This document shows positions 46,331 to 55,601 of a stretch of DNA of 61,177 bases, one piece after another; within the stretch, counting starts at the first letter, position 1; each line of letters starts with the position of its first letter. The position numbers and the translations under genes were made by a program. A model generated the notes under the pieces. That model made no database searches and had not been told where the DNA came from. It was given only the letters and a program-made list of their open reading frames with translations. The DNA lies in NCBI GenBank assembly GCA_021155885.1, contig JAJNBB010000005.1:1-61177 (forward strand), given 5' to 3'. The DNA comes from Fibrobacteria bacterium. GTDB taxonomy: Bacteria > Fibrobacterota > Fibrobacteria > UBA11236.

Positions 46331-47455
46331 ATGAAAATCGGAATCACCTGCCATCCCACCGTGGGCGGCAGCGGCATCCTGGCCTCGGAGCTGGGAAAAT
46401 ACCTGGCCCTGCGCGGGCATTCCGTGCATTTCATCACGATGAGCGTTCCCTACCGGCTCCGCGAGGAGTTCCACGAGAACCTGTTCTTCCACAACGTCGA
46501 GGTGGAACCCTACCCGCTCTTCGAGCACACGCCTTACAACATGGCCCTCGCGGCCAAGATGCGCGAGGTCGCCGAAGAGGAAGGCCTCGATCTGCTGCAC
46601 GTGCACTACGCGATCCCGCACTCCATCAGCGCCTACCTCGCCGCCCAAATGCTGATGCCGCGCCGCCTGCCGATCGTGACCACCCTGCACGGCACCGACA
46701 TCACCCTGGTCGGGCAGGACAAAAGCTTCTTCGAGCTGACGCGTTTCGGCATCGAGAACAGCACCATCGTCACGGCGGTATCCGACGCGCTCAAGCGCGA
46801 GACCGAGGAGATCTTCCGGCCCTCGAAGGAGATCCGCCGCATCCACAACTTCGTCGACGCGAGCCATTTCCGCAAGCAGCGCGGGCCGTGCCACCGCGAC
46901 ACGTTCGCGAAGCGGGGGCAGTTGGTGTACATGCACAGCTCGAACTTCCGGCCGGTGAAGCGCGTGGAGGACGTGGTCAAGGTTTTCGCGCGGACGGTCG
47001 AGAAGGTCGACGGGGTGCTGGTAATGATCGGCGAAGGCCCGACGCAGCGCGCCGCGCGCGAACTCGCGCAAAAGCTGGGCGTGCTGGACCGCGTGCGGTT
47101 CCTCGGCAACCAGATGGACGTCGCGGGCCTGATGGGCTGCGGGGACGTGTTCCTGTTCCCGTCGGAAACGGAGAGCTTCGGCCTCGCCCCCCTCGAAGCG
47201 ATGGCCAGCGAAATGCCGGTGATCGCCTCCCACAGCGGGGGAATCCCCGAAGTCGTGACGCACGGCGAAGTCGGGTACCTGACCGAGGTGGGAGACGTGG
47301 ACGCGATGGCGGCCCATGCCATCGAACTGGGCCTTTCCGAGGAGTTGCGGGCGCGCATGGGGCGCGCCGGGCGCGCGCGCGCCGAGACCGTGTTCCCGGC
47401 CTCGAAAGCGGCGGACGAATACGAGGCGGTCTACCGCGAGGCGATCGAAGGCTAA
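46331..47455 (+). CDS. bshA: N-acetyl-alpha-D-glucosaminyl L-malate synthase
   Basis: MKIGITCHPTVGGSGI.ASELG, HVHYAIPH, TTLHGTDITLVG, SNFRPVKRV, ESFGLAPLEAM; in-frame GTG at 46304 overlaps the bshB1 stop. Confidence 0.95.
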   Translation: MKIGITCHPTVGGSGILASELGKYLALRGHSVHFITMSVPYRLREEFHENLFFHNVEVEPYPLFEHTPYNMALAAKMREVAEEEGLDLLHVHYAIPHSISAYLAAQMLMPRRLPIVTTLHGTDITLVGQDKSFFELTRFGIENSTIVTAVSDALKRETEEIFRPSKEIRRIHNFVDASHFRKQRGPCHRDTFAKRGQLVYMHSSNFRPVKRVEDVVKVFARTVEKVDGVLVMIGEGPTQRAARELAQKLGVLDRVRFLGNQMDVAGLMGCGDVFLFPSETESFGLAPLEAMASEMPVIASHSGGIPEVVTHGEVGYLTEVGDVDAMAAHAIELGLSEELRARMGRAGRARAETVFPASKAADEYEAVYREAIEG

Positions 47456-48027
47456 AAACTCGGGGTTCGACCGGGATCCCGGAGCAGCGGCATGGGATTG
47501 ATCGGGCCTTGCAAAGTGTAGACCCCGAAATGCAGGTGCGGCTTGCCGCCGCGCGCGTTTCCGGTCGCGCCCACGTAGCCGATCACGGTGCCGGTATCGA
47601 CCCGATCGTTCGCCTTGAGGCCCTCGGGATACCGGTCCAGGTGCGCATAGTAGTATACGCGCCGGCCCGCTCCCATCACCCACACCGTGAGCCCGCCGAG
47701 GCGGTTCTCGCCGATGCGCGTCACGTATCCCGTCGTGGCCGAGTACACGGGAGTCCCGCGCGGGGCGAAGAGATCCTGTCCTTGATGCTTGCGGCCATCG
47801 GGCCGGCCGGCTCCCCAACTGTCGTAGAGTCGATGGACGCGCGTCGTGCGCAGGGGAAGGATCAGCACGGAATCGGGAGGCTGCGCGGCGAGGCGCAGCA
47901 TGCGGAAGTGCACGGCGATGCCGTGAAAGAATCCCGCGACGTCTTCCCGGAGCGAAGCCCGCGCCGGCGCGGGAGACAGCAAGGCGATCCCCGCCAGGAC
48001 AACGGCGAATTTCCCGAATGCGCGCAT
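47452..48027 (-). CDS. M23 family metallopeptidase
   Basis: HQGQD, YAHL, GYVGATGNA, HLHF; signal peptide. Confidence 0.9.
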   Translation of the reverse strand: MRAFGKFAVVLAGIALLSPAPARASLREDVAGFFHGIAVHFRMLRLAAQPPDSVLILPLRTTRVHRLYDSWGAGRPDGRKHQGQDLFAPRGTPVYSATTGYVTRIGENRLGGLTVWVMGAGRRVYYYAHLDRYPEGLKANDRVDTGTVIGYVGATGNARGGKPHLHFGVYTLQGPINPMPLLRDPGRTPSF

Positions 48028-48055
48028 GGGCCCTCCGGCCCTTTAACATACGAGG

Positions 48056-48886
48056 CTAGCGCGGCTGAAGCGTATCCAGGCGGGCGAGATAATTGGCCAG
48101 CAAATGATCGAGGGCGGCCTCGGCCTGCGCCTGGCCCTCCCATTCCACCGGATCGAGGTTGCGGAAATAGTGGCGGCGCAGGCACTCGTAGGTCGTGTCC
48201 TCGAGGAGAATCTCGCGGCCGAAGTGCGCGAACGAGCCGATCCGGCGTCCTCCGGGCATCCATTCCAGCGGCGGGACCAGGGGCACGACGTCGCGGCCGT
48301 TGACGAAGCGCGTGAGGTCCGCGGAGCCGTACTTGCGCGCGCCCTCGATGTTCGTCACCTTGGGCTGGCCGAAGGTGTAGGCGCGCACGGGGTAGTCCCG
48401 CGCCTGCAAGTGCAGGGTCGTGACGGCCGCGACCGCGCCGCCCAGGCTGTGGCCGGTAAGCAGGGTCTGGTAATCGGGCCGGAGACGGGGGAGCAGCAGC
48501 GGCAGAAGTTCGTCGGAGGCGCTGGCGAAGCCGCGGTGCAGGAAGATCCCCAGGGCGGTATCGGGGTGGTGCGCGTATTGGGCGTCGAGCCGCACGTCGC
48601 CGACGGTTTGCGTGCCGCGGAAGGCGACCCATTGCACGCGGAGCGAATCATTGCGCTGCACGTAGGCCCGGGCTCCCGTGGACGGCCCGGTGAGGATGAA
48701 GCAGGAGTCGGCCGCGCAGGACCGCAAAATGACGGAATCGGGGAGATAGGCGAGGTCCGCCTTGCGGGCGAGCGCCAGGGCTTCCCGCAAATCGACGCGG
48801 ACATCGTCGGGACAAAGTTTCTTGGTGGGCGCGCAGGCCGTCCAGGCGAGCGAAAAAGCGACGATCGTGACAGCTCGATATTCCAT
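48056..48886 (-). CDS. Class 3 lipase (probable lipoprotein)
   Basis: VAFRGT, HRGF, GHSLGG, FGQPKV, DVVP, DH; WTAC lipobox-like. Confidence 0.88.
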   Translation of the reverse strand: MEYRAVTIVAFSLAWTACAPTKKLCPDDVRVDLREALALARKADLAYLPDSVILRSCAADSCFILTGPSTGARAYVQRNDSLRVQWVAFRGTQTVGDVRLDAQYAHHPDTALGIFLHRGFASASDELLPLLLPRLRPDYQTLLTGHSLGGAVAAVTTLHLQARDYPVRAYTFGQPKVTNIEGARKYGSADLTRFVNGRDVVPLVPPLEWMPGGRRIGSFAHFGREILLEDTTYECLRRHYFRNLDPVEWEGQAQAEAALDHLLANYLARLDTLQPR

Positions 48887-49004
48887 GATCTACCTATAAT
48901 CCATAATGTAACGATTTGGAATATAGGCGGCGCGCCGGGTCCGCGCGCGGGAAATCCGGGGAAAAACAAGGGGCCCGCGGCGGGACGGATCGTTATGCCG
49001 GCAA

Positions 49005-49355
49005 TTATGCCGACAAGGAGGCCATTTGGGCGCCCAGATCCGCGGCCCGGATGCGCCGGTGGCTCGCGTGCCAGATCACACCGCCGTTCGCCAAAACCAG
49101 GATCTGCGGCGATTCATGGCGGATCCCGGTCTCTTCCTCGATTTTCCGCGAGGCGGGTCTTGCCTCCAGGACGTCCACGCTGAAAAGTTCGGTCCCTTCG
49201 GGAGCGTCCTGCGCGAAAGCCTCGAACTCTTCGAGGGCCGTTTCGGAAATGGAACAAATGGGGCTGTGCTTGTAGATCACCACGGTTCGGGAGGCGGCGA
49301 GCGCGAGAACGAATTCCGCGTCCTGGACCGAGTGAATGGGACGGATCGGGGCCAT
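49005..49355 (-). CDS. ytxJ: Monothiol bacilliredoxin BrxC (YtxJ family)
   Basis: KHSPICSIS, GIRHESPQ, WHASH; alternative start 49370. Confidence 0.85.
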   Translation of the reverse strand: MAPIRPIHSVQDAEFVLALAASRTVVIYKHSPICSISETALEEFEAFAQDAPEGTELFSVDVLEARPASRKIEEETGIRHESPQILVLANGGVIWHASHRRIRAADLGAQMASLSA

Positions 49356-49430
49356 GGGAGCGATATACAAAGATACCCGGCCGGGTCGAAGCGCCTGCGG
49401 CGCCAGGCGAGAAACCCGGGCGCCCTTCCC

Positions 49431-50645
49431 CTAGCGATAATACGTCTTGAATCCCCCGGCGGGGAAGGTCGAGGGGCAGGTGCCGGTGGGGTTATAAGCG
49501 ACGCTCATCTTGTCAGCGCGGTCCATCCTGAGCCACAGCCAGCCGTCGGGCGTGGTAGGCGTGGGGTAGACCTGGTAGCACCATTCCGTCGTGAGGGTTT
49601 CGGGCTTCTTCCAGGTGGCATTGCTCCGCTGAAAACGGATGTCGTTGTTCGGGCCGGTGTGGCCGATCATGATGGTGCTGTCCGGCCCGGTGATGACCTG
49701 CATCGGATCGCCGTAGAATCCCTCCTTGCGCAAGGGGCGCGATCCGGGCGTGAATGCGGAGTCGAACCACCATTGGCCCGCGGGAGTGCCCAGCGAATCG
49801 CGCGAAACGGTGCCGCAGCCGGCTCCGGGATAGGGGATGCCGCCCACGCTGCTGATCAAGTCATAATAGGCGGCCTTCTTCGCCGGCACGAAGAGATCGT
49901 AGGGACAGACCACGTGCAGGATGTTGCTGTTATACGCGAGGTAGCGGGCCTGGTTGGCGAAGCGGTTGACGACGCTGTCGTTCCGCACGATGAAGTCGAA
50001 GGCCGCGAGCCCCCCGGGCGCCGCGGGGACGTACCAGCCGATGGTGTCGCCCGCCCGGAACTCGACGCGGCGGGGCACGATCTCCCAGTTGCTCGAGGGA
50101 TGGACCGTGGTGTCGGACACCTTCTTGATCGAATCGCTCACGTCCTTGACGTGGTAGAACTCCAGGCTTACCCCGCAGTCGGCGTCGAACATCAGCGACC
50201 AGTCGGGGATGTACCCGGTGGTCGGCGCCCCGTCGGGCCGGTAGTGCTTGGAACCCCGCAGGCGCATGGCGACGGGCGCGCGCAAAGGCAGCCGCTGGCC
50301 CGCCTGACCGTCCTTCGGAAAGATGTAGGACCGGCCCACGAGCTCCGTGTTGGCTCCGCCGATGGAGCCTATCTGCGCGACGCCCTTCACCAGCGACGGG
50401 TCGATCAGGTATTCGGTAAAGACGGCCGGATGCGTCGCGCAATTGCGCGGACCGGGAGGGTGGAAGGTCGTGTCCGGGAGCGAGTCCTGGCCGGTGGTGT
50501 CGATGGGAACCGCGCAGAGCGTCGTGTCGGCGAGGCAGGAGTCCGCCGGGCCCGGATCGGCCGCCGTGGGGCCTCCCGAGTCCTTGCAGGCGTAGAACAG
50601 CGCTCCGAGGGCGCACAGGACGAGGACGAGTTTCGGAAGTCTCAT
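49431..50645 (-). CDS. Hypothetical lipoprotein with possible degenerate M23-like domain
   Basis: LFYAC lipobox; RAPV, FYHV, FRAGDTIG, VCPYD. Confidence 0.7.
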   Translation of the reverse strand: MRLPKLVLVLCALGALFYACKDSGGPTAADPGPADSCLADTTLCAVPIDTTGQDSLPDTTFHPPGPRNCATHPAVFTEYLIDPSLVKGVAQIGSIGGANTELVGRSYIFPKDGQAGQRLPLRAPVAMRLRGSKHYRPDGAPTTGYIPDWSLMFDADCGVSLEFYHVKDVSDSIKKVSDTTVHPSSNWEIVPRRVEFRAGDTIGWYVPAAPGGLAAFDFIVRNDSVVNRFANQARYLAYNSNILHVVCPYDLFVPAKKAAYYDLISSVGGIPYPGAGCGTVSRDSLGTPAGQWWFDSAFTPGSRPLRKEGFYGDPMQVITGPDSTIMIGHTGPNNDIRFQRSNATWKKPETLTTEWCYQVYPTPTTPDGWLWLRMDRADKMSVAYNPTGTCPSTFPAGGFKTYYR

Positions 50646-50669
50646 GGGCGCCGCGGGGACGGGGAGAGA

Positions 50670-51257
50670 CTAGGTGAGGGTGCCCTTGCTCGACGGCACT
50701 CCCAGAACGCGGCGCGAGGGCGAGACCGCCATCGACAGCGCGCGGGCGAAGGCCTTGAACACGCCCTCGTAGCAATGGTGGGCGTTGGAGCCGCGCAGCA
50801 GGTCGACGTGGAGATTGATGCGCGCGTTCTCGGCCACGCTGTGGAAGAAATGCTCGATCAGCTCGGTGTCGAGGTTCCCGATGCGCGCGGAGGTCACGGG
50901 CACGTTCCACTGGAACGACATGCGCCCTGAAAGGTCGAGGCAGCAGCGCGCCAAAGCCTCGTCCATCGTCACGTAGTAGAACCCGTAACGCTCGATGCCC
51001 TTCTTGTCGCCCACGGCCTGGCGCAGGGCCTCGCCGAAGCAGATGGCGATGTCTTCGGCGCTGTGGTGCATGTCGATGTGGGTGTCGCCCTTGCAAACCA
51101 CCGAAAGCCCCGCGCCGGAATGGGCGCGAAACAGGTCGAGCATGTGGTCGAGGAAGCCCGACCCGGTCTCGATGGAGCCTTCGACGGGGTTGTCCAGGTC
51201 GAGGGTGAGGTCGATCCGGGTTTCCTTGGTCTGACGCGAGAGGGTGGCGGTGCGCAT
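50670..51257 (-). CDS. hisB: Imidazoleglycerol-phosphate dehydratase
   Basis: RQTKET, FLDHML, DMHHSAED, MDEAL, NAHHCYE, PSSKG. Confidence 0.95.
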   Translation of the reverse strand: MRTATLSRQTKETRIDLTLDLDNPVEGSIETGSGFLDHMLDLFRAHSGAGLSVVCKGDTHIDMHHSAEDIAICFGEALRQAVGDKKGIERYGFYYVTMDEALARCCLDLSGRMSFQWNVPVTSARIGNLDTELIEHFFHSVAENARINLHVDLLRGSNAHHCYEGVFKAFARALSMAVSPSRRVLGVPSSKGTLT

Positions 51258-51263
51258 GCGATC

Positions 51264-52205
51264 CTAATAGGTGATCGAGGTGCCCGACACCTTGAAGCGC
51301 CGCTTGTCGGGAATCACAACGGTGCCGCCGGCGCTCACTTCGACGCTGTTGCTGTTGCGGGTGATGAAGGTGATGACGTCGTTGTGCTTGACTTCCATGG
51401 ATTGGCCGGGGGCCAAAGTGCGGGAGCTTTCGCGCCGCCCCGCGCGCAGCACGCGCACGTAGACGCTGTCCGAGAGGGCCTGGAGGCGCACCGTGGTGGG
51501 TTCCCGGGCGGGCGGCTCCTTCGGGGTTTCGGCTTCCGGCTCGGGCGCGGTCGCGGCGACGGCCTTCACGGAAGTTTTTTCGGCCTTGGCCGACTTGTCC
51601 GGGGCGGCGGCGGCGGTGTCGAGACGCGGAAGCGTGTCGACGGCCGCGCTGTCCATCGCCAGGGAATCAAGCGCCAGCGAATCGTCGGGCACCGGGTCGA
51701 TGTTGAGAAGCGTGTCGCTGCTCGTCGGCGCGGCCGGTTCGGCTTCCTCGGAGGAGGACGAATTGACCTTGCCCATGATGAGCAGCAAAACGAACAGCAG
51801 GACGGCGAGAAGCAAAATGAAAATCTGCTTGTGGGCCTTGGCGTGGGTCTTCGACTCGTCCTTGTAAGCCGACACCGGCGCGGAAACCGAGGGCTCGGTT
51901 CCGATTTCCGCCGCGTAGGCCGCGAGCACTTCCCTGGAATCGAGGCGCAGGTGGCGCGAGAGGGAGACGAGGAGCGCCCGGATGTACGGGCCGCCGGCGA
52001 GCTTGCCGTAGTCTCCGGCCTCCAGGGCTTCGATCACCGTCGGGGAAACGCGCAGGTCCGCGCCGACCTTCGCCACCGTCAGCCCGGCGCGCACGCGCGC
52101 GTCGCGCAGCATTTGACCCGCCGTGACGCGCCGCGCGCTGGGGCCTTCCCCCGCGCCCGTGTTTTCCGATGGGGTTTCCGATGCCGGGTTTTCCGAGTCT
52201 GCCAT
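51264..52205 (-). CDS. RodZ-like HTH membrane protein
   Basis: GQMLRDAR...ALEAGDY..L...YIR HTH, single TM helix, low-complexity linker, C-terminal beta domain. Confidence 0.8.
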   Translation of the reverse strand: MADSENPASETPSENTGAGEGPSARRVTAGQMLRDARVRAGLTVAKVGADLRVSPTVIEALEAGDYGKLAGGPYIRALLVSLSRHLRLDSREVLAAYAAEIGTEPSVSAPVSAYKDESKTHAKAHKQIFILLLAVLLFVLLLIMGKVNSSSSEEAEPAAPTSSDTLLNIDPVPDDSLALDSLAMDSAAVDTLPRLDTAAAAPDKSAKAEKTSVKAVAATAPEPEAETPKEPPAREPTTVRLQALSDSVYVRVLRAGRRESSRTLAPGQSMEVKHNDVITFITRNSNSVEVSAGGTVVIPDKRRFKVSGTSITY

Positions 52206-52244
52206 GAATGCTTCCGCTGCTGGTTTTCAGGGAAATGTACTAGT

Positions 52245-52820
52245 TCAACCCTGTTCGTGGGGGGCCAGGAGACGTAAGGTTTTTTGCACCGGGAGCCCCA
52301 TCACATTGAAAAAGCACCCGTCGATTTTTTCCACCAAAAAGGCGCCCCGGCCCTGGATGGCGTAGGACCCGGCCTTGTCCATCGGCTCCCCGCCGCGCAC
52401 GTAGGCTTCGATCTCGGCCGGGGACCGGAGGGCGAAGACCACCTCGGTCCGCTCGGTGGCCGACTCCAGCAGGACGCCCGCCCGGGCGAGGGCCACGCCG
52501 GTATAGACCCGGTGCGCGCGGCCGTTGAGCCCTTGCAGCATCGACACGGCCTCGGCGACGTCCACCGGCTTGCCCAGGACGCGCCCGTCGATCTCCACCA
52601 AGGTGTCCGAGCCGAGGACCAGGGCCTCCGGACGCAGCCGGCTGACCTCCAGGGCCTTCACGCGCGCGAGGGCCTCGGGAATGCCGGCGGCCTCCAGGCC
52701 GGGGGGCGGGGTCTCGTCCGCGTGGGCGGGCAGGATTTCGAAGTCGTAGCCGAGCATCCGGAGAATCTGCTCGCGTCGGGGCGACTGGCTGGCGAGGAGG
52801 AGGGGGTGGGAAAGGGGCAT
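52245..52820 (-). CDS. maf: Maf family nucleoside triphosphate pyrophosphatase
   Basis: LLASQSPRR, KA, GSDT, LGKP, DKAGSYAIQG, NVMGLP. Confidence 0.93.
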   Translation of the reverse strand: MPLSHPLLLASQSPRREQILRMLGYDFEILPAHADETPPPGLEAAGIPEALARVKALEVSRLRPEALVLGSDTLVEIDGRVLGKPVDVAEAVSMLQGLNGRAHRVYTGVALARAGVLLESATERTEVVFALRSPAEIEAYVRGGEPMDKAGSYAIQGRGAFLVEKIDGCFFNVMGLPVQKTLRLLAPHEQG

Positions 52821-52854
52821 GGGGGGGAAGATAGCTACGGGGTGTAACCTTGTC

Positions 52855-52956
52855 GTTGTTAGTTGTTGGTTGTTGGAGAGAGTTACAGCGGCCCGGTGGC
52901 CGCTCGAGTAAACGAACCCGATTGCTTCTAACAACCAACAACTGACAACCAACAAC
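52855..52956. repeat. Heptamer inverted-arm element between maf and lptD
   Basis: GTTGTTR x3 ... YRACAAC x4; internal hairpin AGCGGCC-CGGT-GGCCGCT. Confidence 0.85.
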
Positions 52957-52964
52957 CCCTTCCG

Positions 52965-55442
52965 TTACCTCAAACTCCGGCTATCCCGGGTTTCCAGCTT
53001 GATGTCGGGCAGGTCGATGATGCGGATCACGAAGTCCCATCCGGAGGTGACGCCCACGGGATTCCAATGGAAGACCATCTGCCAGCAGTGCAAGGTGCGC
53101 TCGAATCCGAAGGCGTGGCGCGAGAACTCGCCGGTGGTGAAGTTGTACTCGGTGTCGTAGCTCATCTTCCACTCGCGCGTGGGGTTGATTTTGAGCCCGG
53201 CGCTGGCTTGGTGCGTCTTGGTGACCTGGAAGATCTCCGAGGTACCGACGAAGCGTTCGGCCGCGTTGCCTTCGCCGTTGGTGCCGACGCGCGCGGCGCC
53301 GATGGCGATGCCGTAGTTGAAGGAGGCGGACCAGGCGGTGTGCTCGAAGCGGTCGGTGGGCAGGCCGCGGGTGTCGCGCATGCGCAGGCCGGTGCTGAAG
53401 CCGCCCCCGAGCTCGCGTCCCCAGCGCCACCCGAAGTTCCAGCTTTGCAGGATGGGAGAGGTTTCCTCGTTGCGGGCGGCGCTGTCGGCGTAGTCGTCGT
53501 ATACGCGATGGCTGGCGGAGAGCGTGAGCGGAACCGGGAACACGTAGGTCGTGACGCTGCTGGAGAGGTCGGACCAGGGGCGCACCTCGCTCGCGAAATT
53601 GTAGGAGATGGAGCTGTTCTGCGCCAGGACTTTTTCCGCGACGGGTTTTTGCTTCAGCGTATCGCCGCCGGGCTCCACCGTCTTGATGTCCAGGTCGTTC
53701 GAAAGGCCGAATCCCACCGTTTGCTGCTTGGCCTGATAGGCCGTGCCGCCGATTTTCGGGTTGGGAAGAAACGCGGGGTTTGAATCGATCTCGGGGGCGT
53801 AAGTGAGGCTCACCGTGGGGGTGATGGTGTGGCGCGCCGCAGTGATGTGGCCGAGCCACAGGCCGTTCCAGGGCTTATCCTCGGCCTGCGTGATGCCGTA
53901 GATGCGCGTGTCGGCGCTGATGCTGGCGTTCCACGCCGCGAAGTACTGGCCGTAACCTCCGCCCAAGGGATCGACGGCGTTACGGGACGGATCGGCCGGG
54001 TTGCCGGTGCGCTCTCCCGCCGACCAGAGCTGCGAACCGTTCAGCGAGGGAGTCAGATTCACGTATCCCAGGGTATACTTGCCGCTCAGCGAGGCCTGAT
54101 CGGCGTAGTTCGAGTAGGTGTTGGAGTCTCCCGAGGTGGATCCCGTCGCGGGCTTGATTACCTGGTTGACGAGGAGGCTATTGTTGTAGTTCCAGTTCCA
54201 GCTGCGGTACCAGGGTTCCTTGCCGTCGAGCGGCGGGTCATCTTCCGACTCGGGGATGAGCGGGCCCGAGACGGCGAAGGACACGTCGGGGATGTTGCGG
54301 TCGATGTGTTCCTGGGTCAGGTTGTAGTTCTGCAGGAGTCCCACGTTCAGCACGGCCTGGTTCCAGTCGAACTGGCGGCGGTAACCCAGGCTGGCGTTGG
54401 CGGTTTGCTCCAGCGCCTGCTGTTCGTTGAGGGCGTTGTCGCGCGCCACGTTCGCGGAGCTTTGCAGCCGCCCTTCGCCCTTCAGGGTCTGGCGCCCGTC
54501 GGGGGTGAGATTGAGGTCGTTCTTGAAATCGAGGATGCCCGCGGCCTGCGAGGGCTGGAACTCCGGAAGGAAGACCTGCGTGCCGACCATGCCGCTCCAC
54601 ACATAGCGCTTGTTCCATTGGTACAGGGTGTTGAGGTTGGTTTCCTGGAACGTTCCCTCCGAGCCCTCGATGATGTTGGTCGTGGCCTGGAAGTCGTGGT
54701 AATCGCTGAGGGCCCAGTAGTAGCCCAGGTTCTGCAGGTAGTACCCCTGGCTTTGGTCGCCGCCGAACTTGGGCTGGATGATGCCGGAGCGCCGGCCCTT
54801 GCCGAGGGGCACGACGGCCATGGGCAGCACGGCCAGCGGCACGTCGGCGATGTTCAGCACGATCGGGCCCGACAGCACCTTCGATTCGGGTTCGACGATC
54901 ATGCGGCGCGCGTAGAAGTAGTAGTGCTGCTCGGGCTTCTCGTCGCAGGTGGAAAGGTCGCCGCGCGCGATGTAGATGTCGCTGTTGACCTGCCGGCGCA
55001 CCTCGATGCCGTTGAAGGTTTGCCCGTCCTTTTCCGAGGAGCCATAGTAAAGCGTGCCCACGCGGTTCTGGAGGTTGTACCGCATGCGGTAACCGATGAT
55101 GGAGGGGTTCGACGGGTCCTCGATGGTGGGCGCGCCGAAGGCGTCCACCACGTCCTCGTCGGAGTAGTACAGGATGGAGTCGGCCCGGAGCGTGGAGGCC
55201 TTGTATTTCAGGAGCGCGCCGCCCGAAAGGGAGAAGCGGTCGCCCCGGAAGCGGATGCGGGGGGCGCTGTACGTGACCGTGTCGCTTAGCGTGTCGACGG
55301 CGGCGGCCCGCAGGCTGTCGGCCCGCGCGGCCTCCCGGAGCGCGGCGGAATCGACGGGCGGCGGGGGAAGGCGCACGAGGTCCTGGGCGAACAGCGGGAG
55401 CGCCGCGAAGGCGGCCAGGATGAAGGAAAAACGCCACGACAT
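52965..55442 (-). CDS. lptD: LPS assembly protein LptD (FCB-type)
   Basis: Jellyroll N-terminus (LRADSI), STCD...HYYF, SGIIQP, LGYYWALSDY, RTLHCW near the C-terminus. Confidence 0.85.
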   Translation of the reverse strand: MSWRFSFILAAFAALPLFAQDLVRLPPPPVDSAALREAARADSLRAAAVDTLSDTVTYSAPRIRFRGDRFSLSGGALLKYKASTLRADSILYYSDEDVVDAFGAPTIEDPSNPSIIGYRMRYNLQNRVGTLYYGSSEKDGQTFNGIEVRRQVNSDIYIARGDLSTCDEKPEQHYYFYARRMIVEPESKVLSGPIVLNIADVPLAVLPMAVVPLGKGRRSGIIQPKFGGDQSQGYYLQNLGYYWALSDYHDFQATTNIIEGSEGTFQETNLNTLYQWNKRYVWSGMVGTQVFLPEFQPSQAAGILDFKNDLNLTPDGRQTLKGEGRLQSSANVARDNALNEQQALEQTANASLGYRRQFDWNQAVLNVGLLQNYNLTQEHIDRNIPDVSFAVSGPLIPESEDDPPLDGKEPWYRSWNWNYNNSLLVNQVIKPATGSTSGDSNTYSNYADQASLSGKYTLGYVNLTPSLNGSQLWSAGERTGNPADPSRNAVDPLGGGYGQYFAAWNASISADTRIYGITQAEDKPWNGLWLGHITAARHTITPTVSLTYAPEIDSNPAFLPNPKIGGTAYQAKQQTVGFGLSNDLDIKTVEPGGDTLKQKPVAEKVLAQNSSISYNFASEVRPWSDLSSSVTTYVFPVPLTLSASHRVYDDYADSAARNEETSPILQSWNFGWRWGRELGGGFSTGLRMRDTRGLPTDRFEHTAWSASFNYGIAIGAARVGTNGEGNAAERFVGTSEIFQVTKTHQASAGLKINPTREWKMSYDTEYNFTTGEFSRHAFGFERTLHCWQMVFHWNPVGVTSGWDFVIRIIDLPDIKLETRDSRSLR

Positions 55443-55472
55443 GCGTGGCGGACAAGGTAGAAACGGAGAATG

Positions 55473-55591
55473 GTTGGGGGTTGATGGTTGGGGGTTGGGG
55501 GTGAAAAACAAAAACCCGGGTCGACCGTTTGCTTCGCTTTTCTCCCAACGCCCAACGGCAGGGAACCGACCTGGAAGGAGTTCCCAACCCC
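55473..55591. repeat. Heptamer inverted-arm element, GTTGGGG / CCCAAC variant
   Basis: GTTGGGG GTTGATG GTTGGGG GTTGGGG ... TCCCAAC GCCCAAC ... CCCAACCCC. Confidence 0.7.
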
Positions 55592-55601
55592 GGGCTCTTC
55601 C

